From positions 11,731,175 to 11,795,174 of the forward strand of contig MU056000.1 of the NCBI GenBank assembly GCA_013239625.1: 64,000 bases of DNA, in the 5' to 3' direction. Position numbers and translations under genes: made by a program. Source of the DNA: Lama guanicoe. Its lineage: Eukaryota. Below, one piece after another: positions 13,791 to 27,800 of the stretch. The notes beneath the pieces are model-generated. The model was not told where the DNA came from, did not search any database, and was given only the letters and a program-made list of their open reading frames with translations. Each line of letters opens with the position of its first letter. The first letter of the stretch is position 1.

Positions 13791-14289
13791 TTATTGGACA
13801 GGAAGATACTTGCTCTTGGGGAATCTTTGACTGCAAAATCTTTGAATACATGCAAACTTAGAAAGCTGCATTATGAGCTATATTCCAAATAAACAATTTA
13901 TCCAACTTAGATTTTCACCGAAGTGTGGTAAACCACAAGAGGCCAAATATCTTTCTTTACTGATTGGAAATTATCATAGATATTCAGTATTTCCTTTCAT
14001 TTGAAAACTATCTTCCAGGGTGATATGTACATTACCATAATTTGAGAATATGATGTTTCTAAAGAGTTTAAAATCTGATTGACTTTGAGAAGTTCAAGGG
14101 CCACTATTGATTATTACATATGAATATCTATGAAATTAATTCCTTGTATAACATGATTTCTCAAAGTAACTGAAGTCAGTATCTCCAAATACATGATAAA
14201 AATCACGGCAAAGGCTAAGGGTGTGTTGAAACGCAAGAGCAAGGACTGATACTCGCTTGGAGTCACTGAATGGGACGGGAAACCCAGAC

Positions 14290-14420
14290 ATTGTTTAATA
14301 GACTAAACTTCTCATTTGACAGATATTGAAACAGAGATTAAGTGATTCTGTCAAGCAGCTATTTTGTTGTAGGACTGGAGACTAGAATTCCTAAATCAAA
14401 ATGCAGGGCTCTTTTAACTA
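14290..14420 (-). mobile_element. MIR SINE fragment
   Basis: ctcatttgacagatattgaaacagagattaagtgat...ggagactagaattcc. Confidence 0.5.
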
Positions 14421-16769
14421 CTACCCACTAACCATGGGAATATTTCCCCCACATTTTCACACTCAAATAGCAAATATTTACATTTGTAGGGAATAGGGAG
14501 AAAATAGGTTTTAAAAGCAAGAAGGCAAAGTGTTCAGATTTTATCAAAACCCTTAATGAGGCTTTCCATTGTATAGTTTGACAGCATAGGAGGGATGTTC
14601 TACCAATATATTGCCTGAATTTTTGGTTCCAGCATAGACTTTTCCTCTTAGACTATTAAAGCATAGTTAAAACTTATTTTATTTAGTTGCTTACTCATAT
14701 TTGCAGTACTGATCTTAAGTTGGGATTTAATTATAGAATGCATTATATCAAATTAATCTCATTGGAGTTCATTATTCTTATGTAGCAAATTTAAAAAATT
14801 AACTTAAAGGGGAAAAAAGAAGAGCAGAACAATCTCATATAGACTCTTTCCCAGTGGATCAATTCACTTTGAACTCCACTAAGCAGCCCAGTGAGGCAAA
14901 CATTTTCCTTTATTCAGGCCAAGCATTCGGAGGCACATTTTCAAAGAAATGATTAGCAAGATGTGAGCATTAAACACTGTCAGTTCTGCAAAAATGCATG
15001 TAGGGTATTCTGGACATTTTTAATCTGGACAAATCACCTCGAAAATTTAGCAAAAGCAAACCTAGTCGTGGCTTTGCCCCTGGGAGTGAGGGAGGCAACA
15101 TTATACGCTCTCGCCTGTGCTACAGCTGTTCCCAAATTCTTACGTGGCAGTTGCAAAGAGGAATGCCTTCCTCATAAATGTTTAATTCCAAGGTTATGGC
15201 CCTTTCTTTAAGAAGTAGACCTCATCCCAGTTGCTCACTCTTCAGTGGGAACTGCAGTAGGTGGATGAATACTTGAATTTCAAAATAGAGTTCTTTCTCT
15301 GATAAAGAAGAGTTCCCAAGTAACATAATGGTAAGAGGGTCCGATGACTCTTGAGTTCCAGCTCTAACATTGATGCTGGGGAATCTCTCTACCCTCCTTG
15401 GACTCGGTGTCTTCCTGTGTAATATGATGATCCTTGAGGCCCATTCTGTGCCAACTTTGAATCCTCCCAAATGTCCAACTTCATTGCTCAAAGCGGGCTG
15501 CCAAATTTTTCAAAACATCGAGGCTAAGGTTACACCAGAAGTCAGTATTTTATTTTGTTAAATTCAGTGCCACAACTCTCTGTGAATGAATAAATGAATC
15601 AATGGAGTGTGAATAATGACACTACATAGGAGACAGGGGAATTAGGAGGCTGGATCTGTGGTCATTCATTGCAAAATGGCTAATAACCTAGATTACTATG
15701 AGATGTGTCAGATTCAATGGTGTGAAAAAAAGGCATGCCTTCTAAAACAATACTAATTTGAAGAAAATTATTTTTGTGGAGTATATTGTTTGCTTCTCTC
15801 TTTCTGTTTCATACCCACAGAAAAAGCAAATTATACTTTCACATAAAATTCACTCAGAAAACCAAAATATGACAGAAGGAATTTAACTTTGTGTAGTAGG
15901 ACACATCTGGCGAAAGTTTCCATCCATTATTTTTTAGAAGCAAATCATCCCTTGCAATCACTATGATGTAGTCTAGAAAGAACACAGGACCAGGATATGG
16001 GAAAACCTGGATTTGTAGCCCCTGGAGGAAGGGGTCACATCTTCCATGGTCTACCTGGCATTCCTAGAAGTTAGCTTGGTGCATGACACACAGTGAGAGC
16101 TCCAAATGAGGACTTCTCTACAAAGTCTGCTGCCTCCTGCATGAGTGTCCTGCTCCGGGACACTTCTGGGAGCAGAAGCTGAGGCTGAGCTGTGTGCTAC
16201 AGCTTCCTTTGGAGGTACAACCCTAAGGCATGAAAAACGAGTGAGAAACAACAGGAAGCAAATTGAAGGGGGTACGGGTGCTACCGAGACAGTGACAGCT
16301 GATTCCCAGCACAGGATGCCATCCAAGCGGACCGTGTAGGAATCCTGAGCCTCAGATGCATCCACTGGGGGAGAGGAATTTGTTTTCCAGCTCCTACCTG
16401 TGCCCTGTCCCTCAATTCACTGCCTGTGGCACTGACTCTCACACACCTAAGTGATGTTACGTGGCCATGCTGGGCAGCTGCTGGAGAAGCCATAATGCAT
16501 CGCCTCTGGCGCAGGGCCTCCTTGGAGCCCGAGAGTGGTGGGAGGAGGGAGGACCTGCGGCGAAGCACAGGGGCAGCTCTTCCTTCAGGGGCATTTTGGA
16601 GGCCATGCCAAAAGCCAACACCCCCAGAGCACCCATCCCACCAGGGTTGGGGTGTCAGTGAATCTCTCCACTGAGGAAGTGGCCGTGTCCTAGGAAGCAG
16701 GCAAAGCTAAGTGAATCTGGGAAGGTGATAAACTGGGTGAGGGACAGTGTGGCATTTTAGAAAACTATC

Positions 16770-16860
16770 TGACCCAGGTCTCAGTTTCCTCAGCTCTAAG
16801 ATGCTGATCATTTATATCTCCTTTCACGTCATAAAAGTATCATGAGGATAAAATGAGAGA
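16770..16860 (+). mobile_element. MIR SINE fragment
   Basis: tctcagtttcctcagctctaagatg...tgaggataaaatgaga. Confidence 0.55.
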
Positions 16861-17112
16861 CACGTGACTTTAATCTTTTCATCACTCTCCTCCCTCCCTT
16901 ACCTCCATCCGGTAAACCTCCAATGCAGATAGACTGCACTCATCCCCCAGCTCTATCACCAGGAGATGCTAAAAAGAAATATCACACAGCCAATCAAACT
17001 GGTATGCCAGCCTCAGGTAGGCCCTCCTCACTGACACCCAGCCTTGTGTTTTTCCCATTAAGCTTCCTCTTCCTCATTTTCCCCTCCACTCTCTAATCTC
17101 AGCCCACGCCCT

Positions 17113-17350
17113 TGGCAGGGAACAGGCCCAAATTTTGTAAGCCCTGGAGGTGACACAGTATTGGGAATTCATTCTAAGAAAAAAAATTAAAAATGTAAAA
17201 TTTGGTCTGAAAGTGAATATTGATTTTATTTTATTTTATTTTGAATATTGATTTTTAAATGAGCAAAGAAAACACACCAATACTAGGGACTCGGGAACCC
17301 AGGTCCGTTTCTTCTGAGATCTCTTTAGACAATTTACCCGAACCGCTTAC
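17113..17350 (+). mobile_element. hAT-type non-autonomous DNA transposon (MER53-related) remnant
   Basis: ttttgtaagccctggagg...ctaagaaaaaaaatt...aaaatttggtctgaaagtgaatatt resembles the MER53-family left end. Confidence 0.45.
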
Positions 17351-17391
17351 TAATTGCAACTTCATTTACCTTCCTAGCACAGAAGACCCAA

Positions 17392-17545
17392 CAGCAGCAT
17401 TTCTCAAACCTCAAAGTACCTACAAACTTCCGGGGAACTTGTTAAAATGCAGATCTTGATTCAGTAGGTCTGGGTGGGCTCCGAGATTCTTCACGTTTGA
17501 CGATGCCCGGGGCACGCCCAGGGGACACCGTGAACCACACTTCAG
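17392..17545. mobile_element. MER5A-like hAT-Charlie MITE
   Basis: ttctcaaac...ggggaacttgttaaaatgcagat...gattcagtaggtctggg...gaaccacactt. Confidence 0.75.
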
Positions 17546-17779
17546 GCAGAAAGGCTCTTAACTCCCAGCATTTGCTAAGGCAAGCGAGGGCTCAGGAAGC
17601 TAAAACCTCATTAACTTCATTGCCTTCAGGGGTAAACCACCGCACCCTTCCAACGCCTAACAAAGGGGCAATTCAAAATGTTGCTGTAGGTGTTGACAGA
17701 GGAAGTAAGTGTAGCAACTGGATAAAAGATCTTTTTCTAATTCTTTCTTTCCACACCACTGAAGGAGAACCTAATCCTT

Positions 17780-18500
17780 CTGTCAACCAACAGGTTATTT
17801 AAAATGACTTTTGATATACGCTCTTTGATTTTTGCCATAAACCTCCAGAAGGTGTTTAAAGAACTGAATGGCACTGCTGGAGCAAAACTACTTCCATACT
17901 CATCTGCTTAACTCTGAAAATGTTTCTCAGAGATTATTTTAATAAAAGTGAAAAACAGAAAGAAACTTGTTGCAGAACTCTGTCTCATTCTCACAAAAAA
18001 TAATATTGAACCATGGATACTTAAATTACTTTAAAAAAATTCCTTCATCTATCTCTTTAACAAATACATTTCTAGTAACTTTAACACGTTTAACAATAAT
18101 TTATCAAATTGTATAATGCATCCTATTGTTTTGACTAATTGTATACAAATATTAATTGTGAAATAATTCAACCCAGAAGAAAAATATTTAATGCTCAGAA
18201 GTTTATGGTTATAGGACTTTTTAAAATTTAATTTCAGTGTCTATAATTTATTACAAATGTCACTCAAAAGATGATTTCCAAACATAAAGCTATATTATGA
18301 TAAAATTCTGCAGAAGAAATCAGATGGAAATAAGATTACAAGGGAAAAAGAATAACGTAAAATTTCCATCTTGTTCATGAATATTTTAAATAAATCACTG
18401 AATATCAAATTGTGATTTTATGTTGATTCCGTAAGTATATTTTAAAAGAACTTACAACAGTTTATCTTCAAATTTCTACATGCTTGTGATATTTTGATTT
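17780..18500 (+). mobile_element. hAT-Charlie DNA transposon remnant (transposase 3' region)
   Basis: gaactctgtctcattctc...taatatt...ccatggatac...catctatctctttaa resembles a Charlie transposase end; AT-rich and decayed. Confidence 0.45.
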
Positions 18501-18509
18501 TTTAGTAAC

Positions 18510-19235
18510 AAATATATATGGGGTCTTCAACCCCAGTTCTGGCCCAGAACTCCTAAAACCTTTGGACTTCCCAAGCAAGTGACAGAGGAGTCTTTTATCA
18601 TATTAATGAGGTGGCTTTGGGCCCCTCCCCTAGGATGGGCTCTGATAGCCAGAGGAACCATATGATTATAGGGTTGGACCATTTAGTCCCACACCCCAGA
18701 ACTCCAGGGAGGGGAGAGAAGCAGGAAGTTGAATTCAATTACCAATAGCCAGTGATTGAATCAATCGTGTACATGTAATGAAGCCTTCAAGACCCTAAAA
18801 GGATGGGGTTTGGAGAGCTCCCACGTTGGTGAACATGAGGAGATTTGAGGAGAATGGCGTGCTCTGAGGGGGTATGGAAGCTCCAAGCACTCTGCCACGT
18901 ACCTCGGCCTCTATATCTCTTCCATCTGGATGTTCCTGAATTAAGCTGATGATCAAGTAAGTAAAATGTTTCTCTGAGCTCTGTAAGCCCCTCTAGTAAA
19001 TTAATCAAACCCAAGGAGGAAGGTTGGGTCGTTGGAACCTCCAGTCTACAGCACAGAAATACAGGTGACAACCTGGACTTGTGAGTCACATCTGAAGGGG
19101 GATGGGGCACAGTATTGTAGGACTGAGTCCTCAGCTTGTGGAATCTGATGCTGTCAGATTCTGAGCTGAAATTCTGACACCTTGCTGGTGTCCGAAAATT
19201 GCTTTTGTTGCGAGTCACACTCCTACACACACATT
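18510..19235 (+). mobile_element. MER21-like LTR
   Basis: ccagggaggggagag, accaatagccagtgattgaatcaatc, ggagagctcccacgttggtgaaca, agtaagtaaaatgtttctctgagctctgt. Confidence 0.75.
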
Positions 19236-19499
19236 GAAATTGGACACAGAACCCAAAAGAATGCCAAAATATGTATATTTTGAAATTACTTAAAGCTGTG
19301 ATGAAAGGTTGTCAATGTACAACTGTGCTGGGGACACATAGTTTTCCAAAATTTCTTAGAGCTTCTACGAGCACATGCAGTTTGGGGATCACAGCTCCGC
19401 ACAAGCTACCTCCACTTGTCCGTGGTTCCCTCTACCACCCACCCCAGTCTGGCTCTGCCTCACCTTCATCGAGGCCACCCTTGCTCAAGTCACAAATGT

Positions 19500-19631
19500 T
19501 TGGCACTTGTATGACTTTATCTTGATTCATTATGGCTGCAGTGACCCTATGTCCAAATAAAGTCATTTCCTGAGGCACTGGGATTTGGGACTTCAATGTA
19601 TCTTCTTGAGGAAACACAATCCAACTCACAA
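19500..19631 (-). mobile_element. MLT1 LTR fragment
   Basis: gaccctatgtccaaataaagtca...gggacttcaatgtatctt...acacaatccaac. Confidence 0.6.
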
Positions 19632-19669
19632 GAGTGAACAAGTCTATTTTCTTGGATAAGCCCTCAAAA

Positions 19670-20230
19670 CCCACTCTCTTCTCTTCACTTTCCAGGTTCT
19701 CCGACCTCAGTGGTCCCTCATCCTGTTTCCTTTGCTGACTGTTCCTCTACTACTGGCCTCTCAATGTTGGAAAGACAAGGCCTCCACTCTGAGCACACAT
19801 CTCACTCTGCAGTCTCTTCTTGTTGAGGTCATCCACGCCCAACCCTCTGCCATCCCTAGACTGCCAAGTGTCTCTTATTCCTGGCCTCGCCTCTGAGCCC
19901 CAGACCCAAATATCCAACTGTCTACTTAAAATAACCTCTTAGTTATCTCACAAACATCTCTCACCTACTGCTTCCCAAATTAAATTCCCCACTCTCCATC
20001 TGCTCTCCTTCCAGTCCTATCTCAGTAAGTAACACCCAAATACCCCCAGTTGCTCGAGCTCGTAATCTGATAATCATCTGGGATATCTTCCTCCTTAAAA
20101 TATATCTAGAATCCACAGAGCATTCTCGGGTTCCTTTGCCAATACTCTAAGCCACGCCACCAACATCACTCCCCTGAAAACATTTCACTTTGGGTAAAAT
20201 CCAAAGTCTATTCAAAGCTCTCAAGGTCCC
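19670..20230 (+). mobile_element. L2 LINE fragment
   Basis: ctctgagccccagacccaaatatccaactgtctactt...atctcagtaagtaacaccc...aaaatccaaagtc. Confidence 0.65.
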
Positions 20231-20234
20231 ACAT

Positions 20235-23230
20235 GTCATAATTAATTATTTAGGCAAATGCACCTGTGTTAGACTTTACTGTTTATTTGATTAAAGCATA
20301 GACTTTATGAAGTTAGAAGTCTGCTTGTAGACTTCAGTCTGGTAGAACTACGACTCTAATCGCAATACTTTTATGGTCCCATAAGAGTCTCACCAATTTT
20401 TTATCTATTAGAACATTTACTCTACATTCCTTTGGCTTTCTGATTCTATCAGTCTCTGTTTCATGAATTTTCCTTTGAATCAGCCTTCTGACCCTGCCGG
20501 TTCCCTCCCTCATTCACAAGAGCACAGCTTTTGACACGTGCTCATTCTATATTTGAACAAGGACAGTGTTTTTAACGTTCCAAAAATTAGACTTTGTTTT
20601 GGAAATGGTTGTACACATCCAAGTGGACTCCTGAGCCAGAACCAATTAAACTGTGCTGGCCAGGAAGTTTTCCTCTTGGGCCCGTCTTTTCTAGGCCCCC
20701 AGAGCAGTTCTCCAGCGGCACTAGAACTGTATTTCGGCTGTTTCTTCTCTCTCTCTTTTTTTTTAACCTGTTGCCAAGTCCTTCCTTTTGCTTCCAAATC
20801 TGGACTAAATTTGGTTCTGCTTCTGATTTGTGTGGAAATCTGCAAGTTCTCCTTGTGTCTTTGCAGTTATGTGTTTACACGTAGCTGATGAGTTGTTGTT
20901 AGAATGATGGCTGGGAACCTGGTTTCATAGTTTGACCATTTGGTGAGTTGTGTTGACTGAGTTGGTGAAAGACGGCAGTTTCCAGTTTGTTAGTCCTTTC
21001 AGATATTTTGGCTACCTGGGATCTCAAATCAATTAACAGAGAATAAGCTTTTGAGGGGAGAGCTAGACTGGTGAGGCTTTGTGTTTCTGTGCTGTCTCTG
21101 ACCCGTGAGACTGGGCTTGTGTGACTGGGACCACAAGCTCTTTGGATCGCTGGGTGACTGTAACCTTTACCACCCCTTAAATATTCTCCTGTCTCCAGAG
21201 GTTATTGTTAGATTTTAACACCTTTTAAATTAAAAACCTCTGTTCTGATTGGTTTATAGAAATAACATATGTGCTTGTTAAAACCAATTATTTAAAATTA
21301 ATTAAAAAAATCAGTTATTTGCCAAAATTTCCAGAAAATAAGAAAACAGTTTCTAATATTTTATTATGTTAGCCTTTTAAGTATAACAAAAACCAAAATG
21401 AAGTTATAGGAGAAACAGCCGGCTCAGAATTTTTAACATAGAAACTTGGGTTCCCATATGTAAGGTGAATCTTTAGACAAGGTCAGACTTGTTTTAATAA
21501 TATTGATTTAAAAAAACAATAGCAACTAGATGTCTCTTCCCTGAAGTTATCACTTTGGCACGGGGCCAGGAAAGTTTTAGACATTTTTTTTAACAGACAC
21601 AAGAAGGAAAATCAGAAAACACTCTTATAAAAATATGTATGTATGTTCATGACTGGGACATTGTGCTGTACACCAGAAATTGACACGTTGTAACTGACTG
21701 TACTTTGATTAGATAGATAGATAGATAGATAGATACGAAAAGAAAGAAAACACTCAGAGGAAACTGTAGACAAGGTGCAATTTAAACATGCAGACGAAGA
21801 TGGAGTGTTGGGTAGGAGAAAAGAAAGGCTTTCTAAGCAAAGGGAACTCTGAATGGAAGCAGAGCAGACATTTGGAACATGTGAGGGATCTATAAAACTT
21901 ATAACCATGGGGAAAGTAAGGTGGGACCAGATGGTGCTTGATATTTTGGTAGATTTTTTTTAATTTGACTTTGTTTTCTCATGAAGAGAATAGTACATCG
22001 GATTTCCCAAACGACTTACATTGGTTTATTGATCAGGTAATAACATTCTACATAATGTTTAGGAATGTAAAAAATACTAACTTATGTGTCCAACTAAACA
22101 TGATTCTAACATTTTGAGAATTATGTTTTGTAGTTTTGTAGTATATCAATTTGAACAGAATTTCTAAGGTTTTTAGGTAACATTACACCTTAGATTATAA
22201 CTAAACTGAGTTAGTTAATGAAGTGTCTCTGAATATCAGGACAATTTCTTTGTCAGACAGAACACTGAAACATAGGTAAGTAAGCATTGTATACACACAC
22301 AATATTTGTATATTCCAAATATACACATCCTCTTACATGTATTACATACATGTAACTCTGCTTCAGCAAGATGTGAAAAACAGAAGAGGCTAGGGAAGCT
22401 CAAATGATTCCAGATATGATGATGGACGAGGGACATCAGGACACCTGCCCCCACCCCAAGAAGAATGGGTAGAATTAATTGTCTGCATGGCCTTAATCCT
22501 TCTCCAATGGCTGGTAGATGAGGAAGGTAAATGTCTGCTCTAAGAAGCAGACAACTGGACATGCACGTTCACAGCAGAAGGAAACCATCAAGAAACAGAG
22601 TACTGACCACACCACTGAACAAGCAGATGAATGTGTCCATCTAAACGAGGGTTGCTTTGTGTCCTTACAAATGAATGCGGTCTTGCTGGAATATATCTAT
22701 ACACACACACATCCCAGAGGTATAGCATTCTAAGCATTCTACAGCTTAGAAAACTGAAGAGCAAGAGTGTCTTGAGTTGGGATTCTCATTAGCGCAGAAG
22801 CAGGAAACTTCATGAAAGCAGAGGGCTAATCCGAGATCCTCAGCATAGGAGTTATTACCCAGGACTGAAGGAATTGATGAGTGAATGGTGTTAGCATTGA
22901 TTTCAATGTTCCGTTTTCTCACGGACTTAGAATAGAGTCTGTTCTCTTTCTTCTTATGCTATCCAAGTTCAGGGAGAAAGTTATTCTGCCAAGACTCTCC
23001 CTCCCCTCAGTGCATTTCCTTCCATCCCAAAAAAACTTCCCCTTGTTTTTCCTGCAGCCCATTCATAATGCCTATGGCCAAGAGATATTGACCAGGACAC
23101 AGACTGGCTTGAAATGAACCCAAGTTTGGGGTACTCAACTGATGAGATTCCATCCAGACCTCGGCTGTCTGGACTGGCTTATTTCCAAAGACCACCAGCC
23201 TCATTGTATGCTGGTTATTATCTAAACGTC
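20235..23230 (+). mobile_element. Fragmented old ERV1 (MER34/MER4-group-like) internal remnants
   Basis: Patchy resemblance only: leader-like 20.5-21.2 kb, AT-rich 21.9-22.4 kb, and gaaatgaacccaag...tcaactgatgagattccatccagacc at 23.1 kb. Boundaries uncertain. Confidence 0.35.
21625..21744 (+). mobile_element. Ultra-short (~120 bp) young L1 3' end with (TAGA)n tail
   Basis: tgtgctgtacaccagaaattgacac...gactgtact. Perfect 11-bp TSD agaaaacactc at 21614-21624 and 21745-21755. Confidence 0.85.
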
Positions 23231-24524
23231 CTTCTCTTGCAAAAGAAAAAACATATTTTGGATAACAATTTTTTCATTTATCTATAATTTGACGTAAAAA
23301 CAAAAGTGATTTCAAATGAAATAATTTATAGAAAACCCTTCTTTTGAGAGATATTCAAGTTTATTAATAAGATAATCATCATAGTAAGTCATTATAATGA
23401 CAAAGCAGAAAACACCTGCTGCTTTTCTTAAGCTTCCAATGTGAGGATTCCAGCCTCACAGTTATTTTTTAACTCTTTTTCCTTTCTTACCAGCCCTTCC
23501 CATCCCATACACACACTCAAGTGTTTGACCTACTACCGAATTAGCATACCTATTTCCGCCCGATTCTCCATTCCTACTGCCACAATTTAGCTAAGATCAG
23601 AGTTACATTGAACCTCATGTGCTGACATTGTCCTGACCCATCTGCCTGACCCCAATCACATCCCTCCTTCAACCTAACTTCCCTCGTCGCATTCCCAATA
23701 GTCCGCAGCCTTAATTACCCACACAAAATCCAGCTATAATCATATAACTACCCTGCTCACAGATTAAAATTTAAAACCTATCACGGAATTACAAGACCGT
23801 CTACCATCTGGTCCCACCTTACTTTCCCCTTGTTTTAAGTCTTATAGATCCCTCTCACTTTCCAAACGTTCTCTTTGCTTCTGTTCAGAGCTCCCTTTGC
23901 TTAGAAAGCCTTTCTCTTCTCCCACCCAGCACCCCATCTGCATTTGCATGTTTAAATTATACATTGTCCACAGATTCTTCTAAGATTGTTTTCTGATCCT
24001 TCTTATATCTGTTGAGAAAAATTGTCTAAAGCTTTCGTGGTCCCTGGAAACACTGATCGTAACCTTCTGCTCTGTGTAAGTTCATTTACTGCTCCTCCTT
24101 TCTGCTTGGTGTCAATGGATTTCTTTGAACCAACACTGTCTCTACATTGATCGTTAAGCTTTAATTCTTGTAGGAGAGTTAGAATACTTTTTCCTGTTTC
24201 CCATTATCTCCACTGATGTTTTGGGGGATTCAGGATTTAGAATGACATCATCAAGAAATGTCATTTAGGAATCCCCACATGAAAATACTACTTCCACAGT
24301 GTCATATGTTATAGGGTCATATAAAGATTATTTAATTACCTCAGAGAACACCTGCATTTGACTTGGCTGTTTACAATTAATTAAAGACTTAGACTCTGTG
24401 AAATTATGTTTTCTTGTACATTTTACTCTGGTAGAAAACATAATTCTCAAGGTTATAATTTACTGCCCTGTAGACCTTAACCAATTTTGCATCTAACCTA
24501 CCTGGCATATTCTAACATTCTTTT

Positions 24525-25152
24525 TTTTTTTAAATTGAAGTACAACCAGTTACAATGTGTCAATTTCTGGTGTACAGCAAAATGTCCTAGTCATACATAT
24601 ACGTATACATATATATATATATTCATTTTCATATTCTTTTTCATTAAAAGTTATTACAAGATATTGAACATAGTTTCCTGTGCTATACAGAAGAAACTTT
24701 TTTTAACTCTATTTTTATATATAGTGGCTAACATTTGTAAATCTCAAAGTTCCAGATTTTTATCTTCCCACCCCCTTTCCCCAGTAACCATAAGATTGTT
24801 TACTATGTCTACGAGTCTGTTTCTGTTTTGTAGATGACTTCATAATATCTTTTTTTTTTCAGATTCCACGTATGAGTGATATCATATGGTATTTTTCTTT
24901 CTCTTTCTGGCTTACTTTATTTAGAATGACAATCTCTAGGGCCATCCGTGTTGCTGCAAATGACATTATTTTATTCTTTTTTATGGCTGGGTAGTATTCC
25001 ACTGTATAAATATTCCACAACTGCCTTATCCATTCATCTGTTGATGGACATTTAGGTTGTTTCCACGTCTTGGCTATCGTAAATAGTGCTGCTATGAACA
25101 TTGGGGTGCATGTATCTTTTTGAATTAGAGTTCACTCCAGATATATATATAT
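24525..25152 (-). mobile_element. Young L1 3' end (~630 bp)
   Basis: The minus-strand ORF 24859-25101 ([20 protein letters not shown]...) is the L1 ORF2 C-terminus. Perfect 18-bp TSD atattctaacattctttt at 24507-24524 and 25153-25170. Confidence 0.92.
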
Positions 25153-25984
25153 ATATTCTAACATTCTTTTCTCAAAGTGCCAATAAAGACCCAGTTCCTC
25201 AAATGCTCTTTGGATCAGCTTTATCAATTTAATGGGCTCCTCATGAATGACTTAATAAAACTCTAACTCATGTCATTCCATATGTGCATGGGAATCATGT
25301 TTTTAACTCTTTTTTAGAAATTATACTTTTACACTATCATTTGGCAGTGCTTTATATGATTCCTCTTAATTTCCACAAATCTGCTTTACTCGTGGTTTTC
25401 TGTGCTACTCATTCTATTAAACTCTCAGCTCCTGGATGGCAGGGCCCTGGAAAATTTCATGTTTGAATTCTCTAGAGACTTTATACAGTGTCTTACTAAA
25501 GGCAGATGCCCAATATCTGATAAATCTAAGGGAAAGTATAAATGAAAAATGGACTCTTTTATATAAAGTATCTTAAGAAACCATTTTAATTGGCAAAGTT
25601 GTTTTTAAATATGTATTCAAAAGCATAGATTCCTTCCATATACTTTACTAGAAACAAGACTCCAGAAGCCCTCAATGAGCATACTAGATTTGGTATATTC
25701 TTTTAATTTAAAAAAAGTTGTGTCTAAAGAGCTATAATTATCACTAAGGGGAAAGACCCAGTATCTTCAATACCATGTCTTTAATATTTGTTCTTATAAA
25801 TAACAAATCATGTCACTCAAAGTAAGTGATCATAAGTAATAAAAAAAAATGATCACTGAAAGCACATTGGAAAATTTCCAACATAATTTTGGTATAACAA
25901 AACAAAGCTCTCTGATTACTGTTTTAAAACAATGATTGCAATCATTTTATGTCTTTCTTTTTTAAAATTTTACTTTACATAAAG

Positions 25985-26498
25985 TTCTTGAAGCCTGAGA
26001 CCACCTGAGCCAACCAACGTAACTTGGCTTTGAGACTGAGAACCAAGAATTACCTGAAGCATTGAGTCCATGTTAACATGACCCAGCTGCTCCAGGTAAT
26101 TCATGCCCAAGAAAATAAGACTGCAAACCAACAATTAACTTCACCATTTGCTTCAGGAAATCCTTGCAAGCCAATTTATCAAGGCAAACAATTTGCTCAT
26201 CTGTACAAACAGCTCTCCCATCAGAATGAGTTGCTTACTTTATGCACATAGTTTGCTCATTAGAACCTTCCTTTGCTATGGTCACCAGTCCTATATTTTC
26301 ATGTCATGGGCCTTAACCAATCCTACTCGGTTCCTATGTTGAAAGAGCATCTTAAACACTTAGTCCAAACCTCAAACCCTTATGAATAAAAAAACTCCTT
26401 CCCTAACTTCTTTCTTTTAAGATAAGGTAATGATCTCCTTTGCTGCAGGAAGTTTAATGAATTTGGCTTTGCTCAGTCAACTGATCTTGGGCAAGACA
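25985..26498 (+). mobile_element. ERV1-like solo LTR (MER90/MER110-like)
   Basis: CCAAT-containing U3-like part; 3' part tctcctttgctgcaggaagtttaatgaatttggctttgctcagtcaac; ends in ...gaca. Confidence 0.45.
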
Positions 26499-27239
26499 TG
26501 CTATAATAGAAGATCACGGGAGAATTATCTAGTACTTGAAAAACTAAGGTAGTAGTAAACTTCATGATCGTTTTCAATTATTCTTTTGTAAGTTGCTGAT
26601 ACTGAATACTGCATGTTAAAAGACAGAGTTAGACCACTTAAGGATGCTTCGAGTTTATAGATAAACAATGTCATAGAAATGTAATCTGAACTGTGGTAGG
26701 CAAATGGTATGTCTGTCTTGTGCTTCTATAGGACTATGCAATGCCTCCCATAAGGAAGATGGAAACATGAATGAGTTCTAAAATGTTTGGGCAATCCATC
26801 TTACCCACTCAATATTTACTGCTCAGAACTGGCTCCAGGCAAAATTTTGGAAAAGACACAGTGAAATTTATCAGTGAAATTTCCATTTTCCTTTCTTTGT
26901 AGTTTCTCTTCTCTCCACTCTTTCAGGAGACCAAAACCTTCCTGTAGGCTTCCCGCTTCTGTCACTCACTGGCCGGGACCTTATCAGTTATTCACACCTG
27001 GTATGACTGGGTTTCCAACAAGGCTGATCTTCCCCGCTTCCTCTCATCCCCTGCCTTAAAATCCAGCCATTTACCTGTGCTGTCTCCTCCATTCTACGTT
27101 CTCTCAAGGTATTTTCATTGGAAATTATTTTGGTCTATTGAGAAAATAAAAAGACTTATCCCAAGCTAGAGGAATTTTAGAAAAAAAAAACTACGAAACT
27201 TTGGCAGGACAAGGGAATTCCTTACATTCGTTTGTTTTA

Positions 27240-27800
27240 ATGTGTCCTTGTCGTTTGTAAGAAAGCCCAGTTTTACTGACACTGACACTATTGTAGTGGA
27301 AAGGGCAAAAATGCCTGGTAAGAAGAGTAAGTTAAGATACTGTAAGAAGCAACAAAATAAATCCAGAGGGTGTGACATTCTGGAGGATGACATCAACGAT
27401 TCAGTGTCATGGAAGAGAATAGTTTTCTAGATCAGGAGTCAGCAAATCTTTTCTGCAAAGTGCCAGACAGTAAATATTTTAGACTTTGTGGACCACACAG
27501 CCTCTGTCACAACTACTAAATTCTGTCTTTACAGAGTGAAAGTGCCGTGGACAACACTTAAATAAATGAAAATCTCTGTGTTCCCATAAAACTTTAGTTA
27601 CAAAAACAGGCAACCTGATGGATTTGGCCTACAACCCGTCTAGATTACAGGCTTAAAACAGCAGGATGCAATATATAGTACTGATTTAGATTCTTTTTGG
27701 GAAAACCAAGATGTAAAGACATTTTGGATAGAACTGGGGCAATTTGATATGATTTGGATACTAGATGAGATAGTTTTACTTACATGGAAAAATAGGAAAT
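27240..27800 (+). mobile_element. L1ME-like 3' UTR remnant split by MER58
   Basis: aaatccagagggtgtgacattct ... taaagacattttggatagaactggggcaatttga. Confidence 0.5.
27433..27637 (+). mobile_element. MER58A-like hAT-Charlie MITE
   Basis: caggagtcagcaaa...gccagacagtaaatattttagactttgtgg...ggatttggcc. 8-bp TSD ttctagat (27425-27432) / gtctagat (27638-27645). Confidence 0.85.

Noticed and set aside
16280..16680. Moderately GC-rich stretch with overlapping ORFs as a possible exon
   Set aside because: Few CpGs, no clear splice boundaries and no recognisable peptide.
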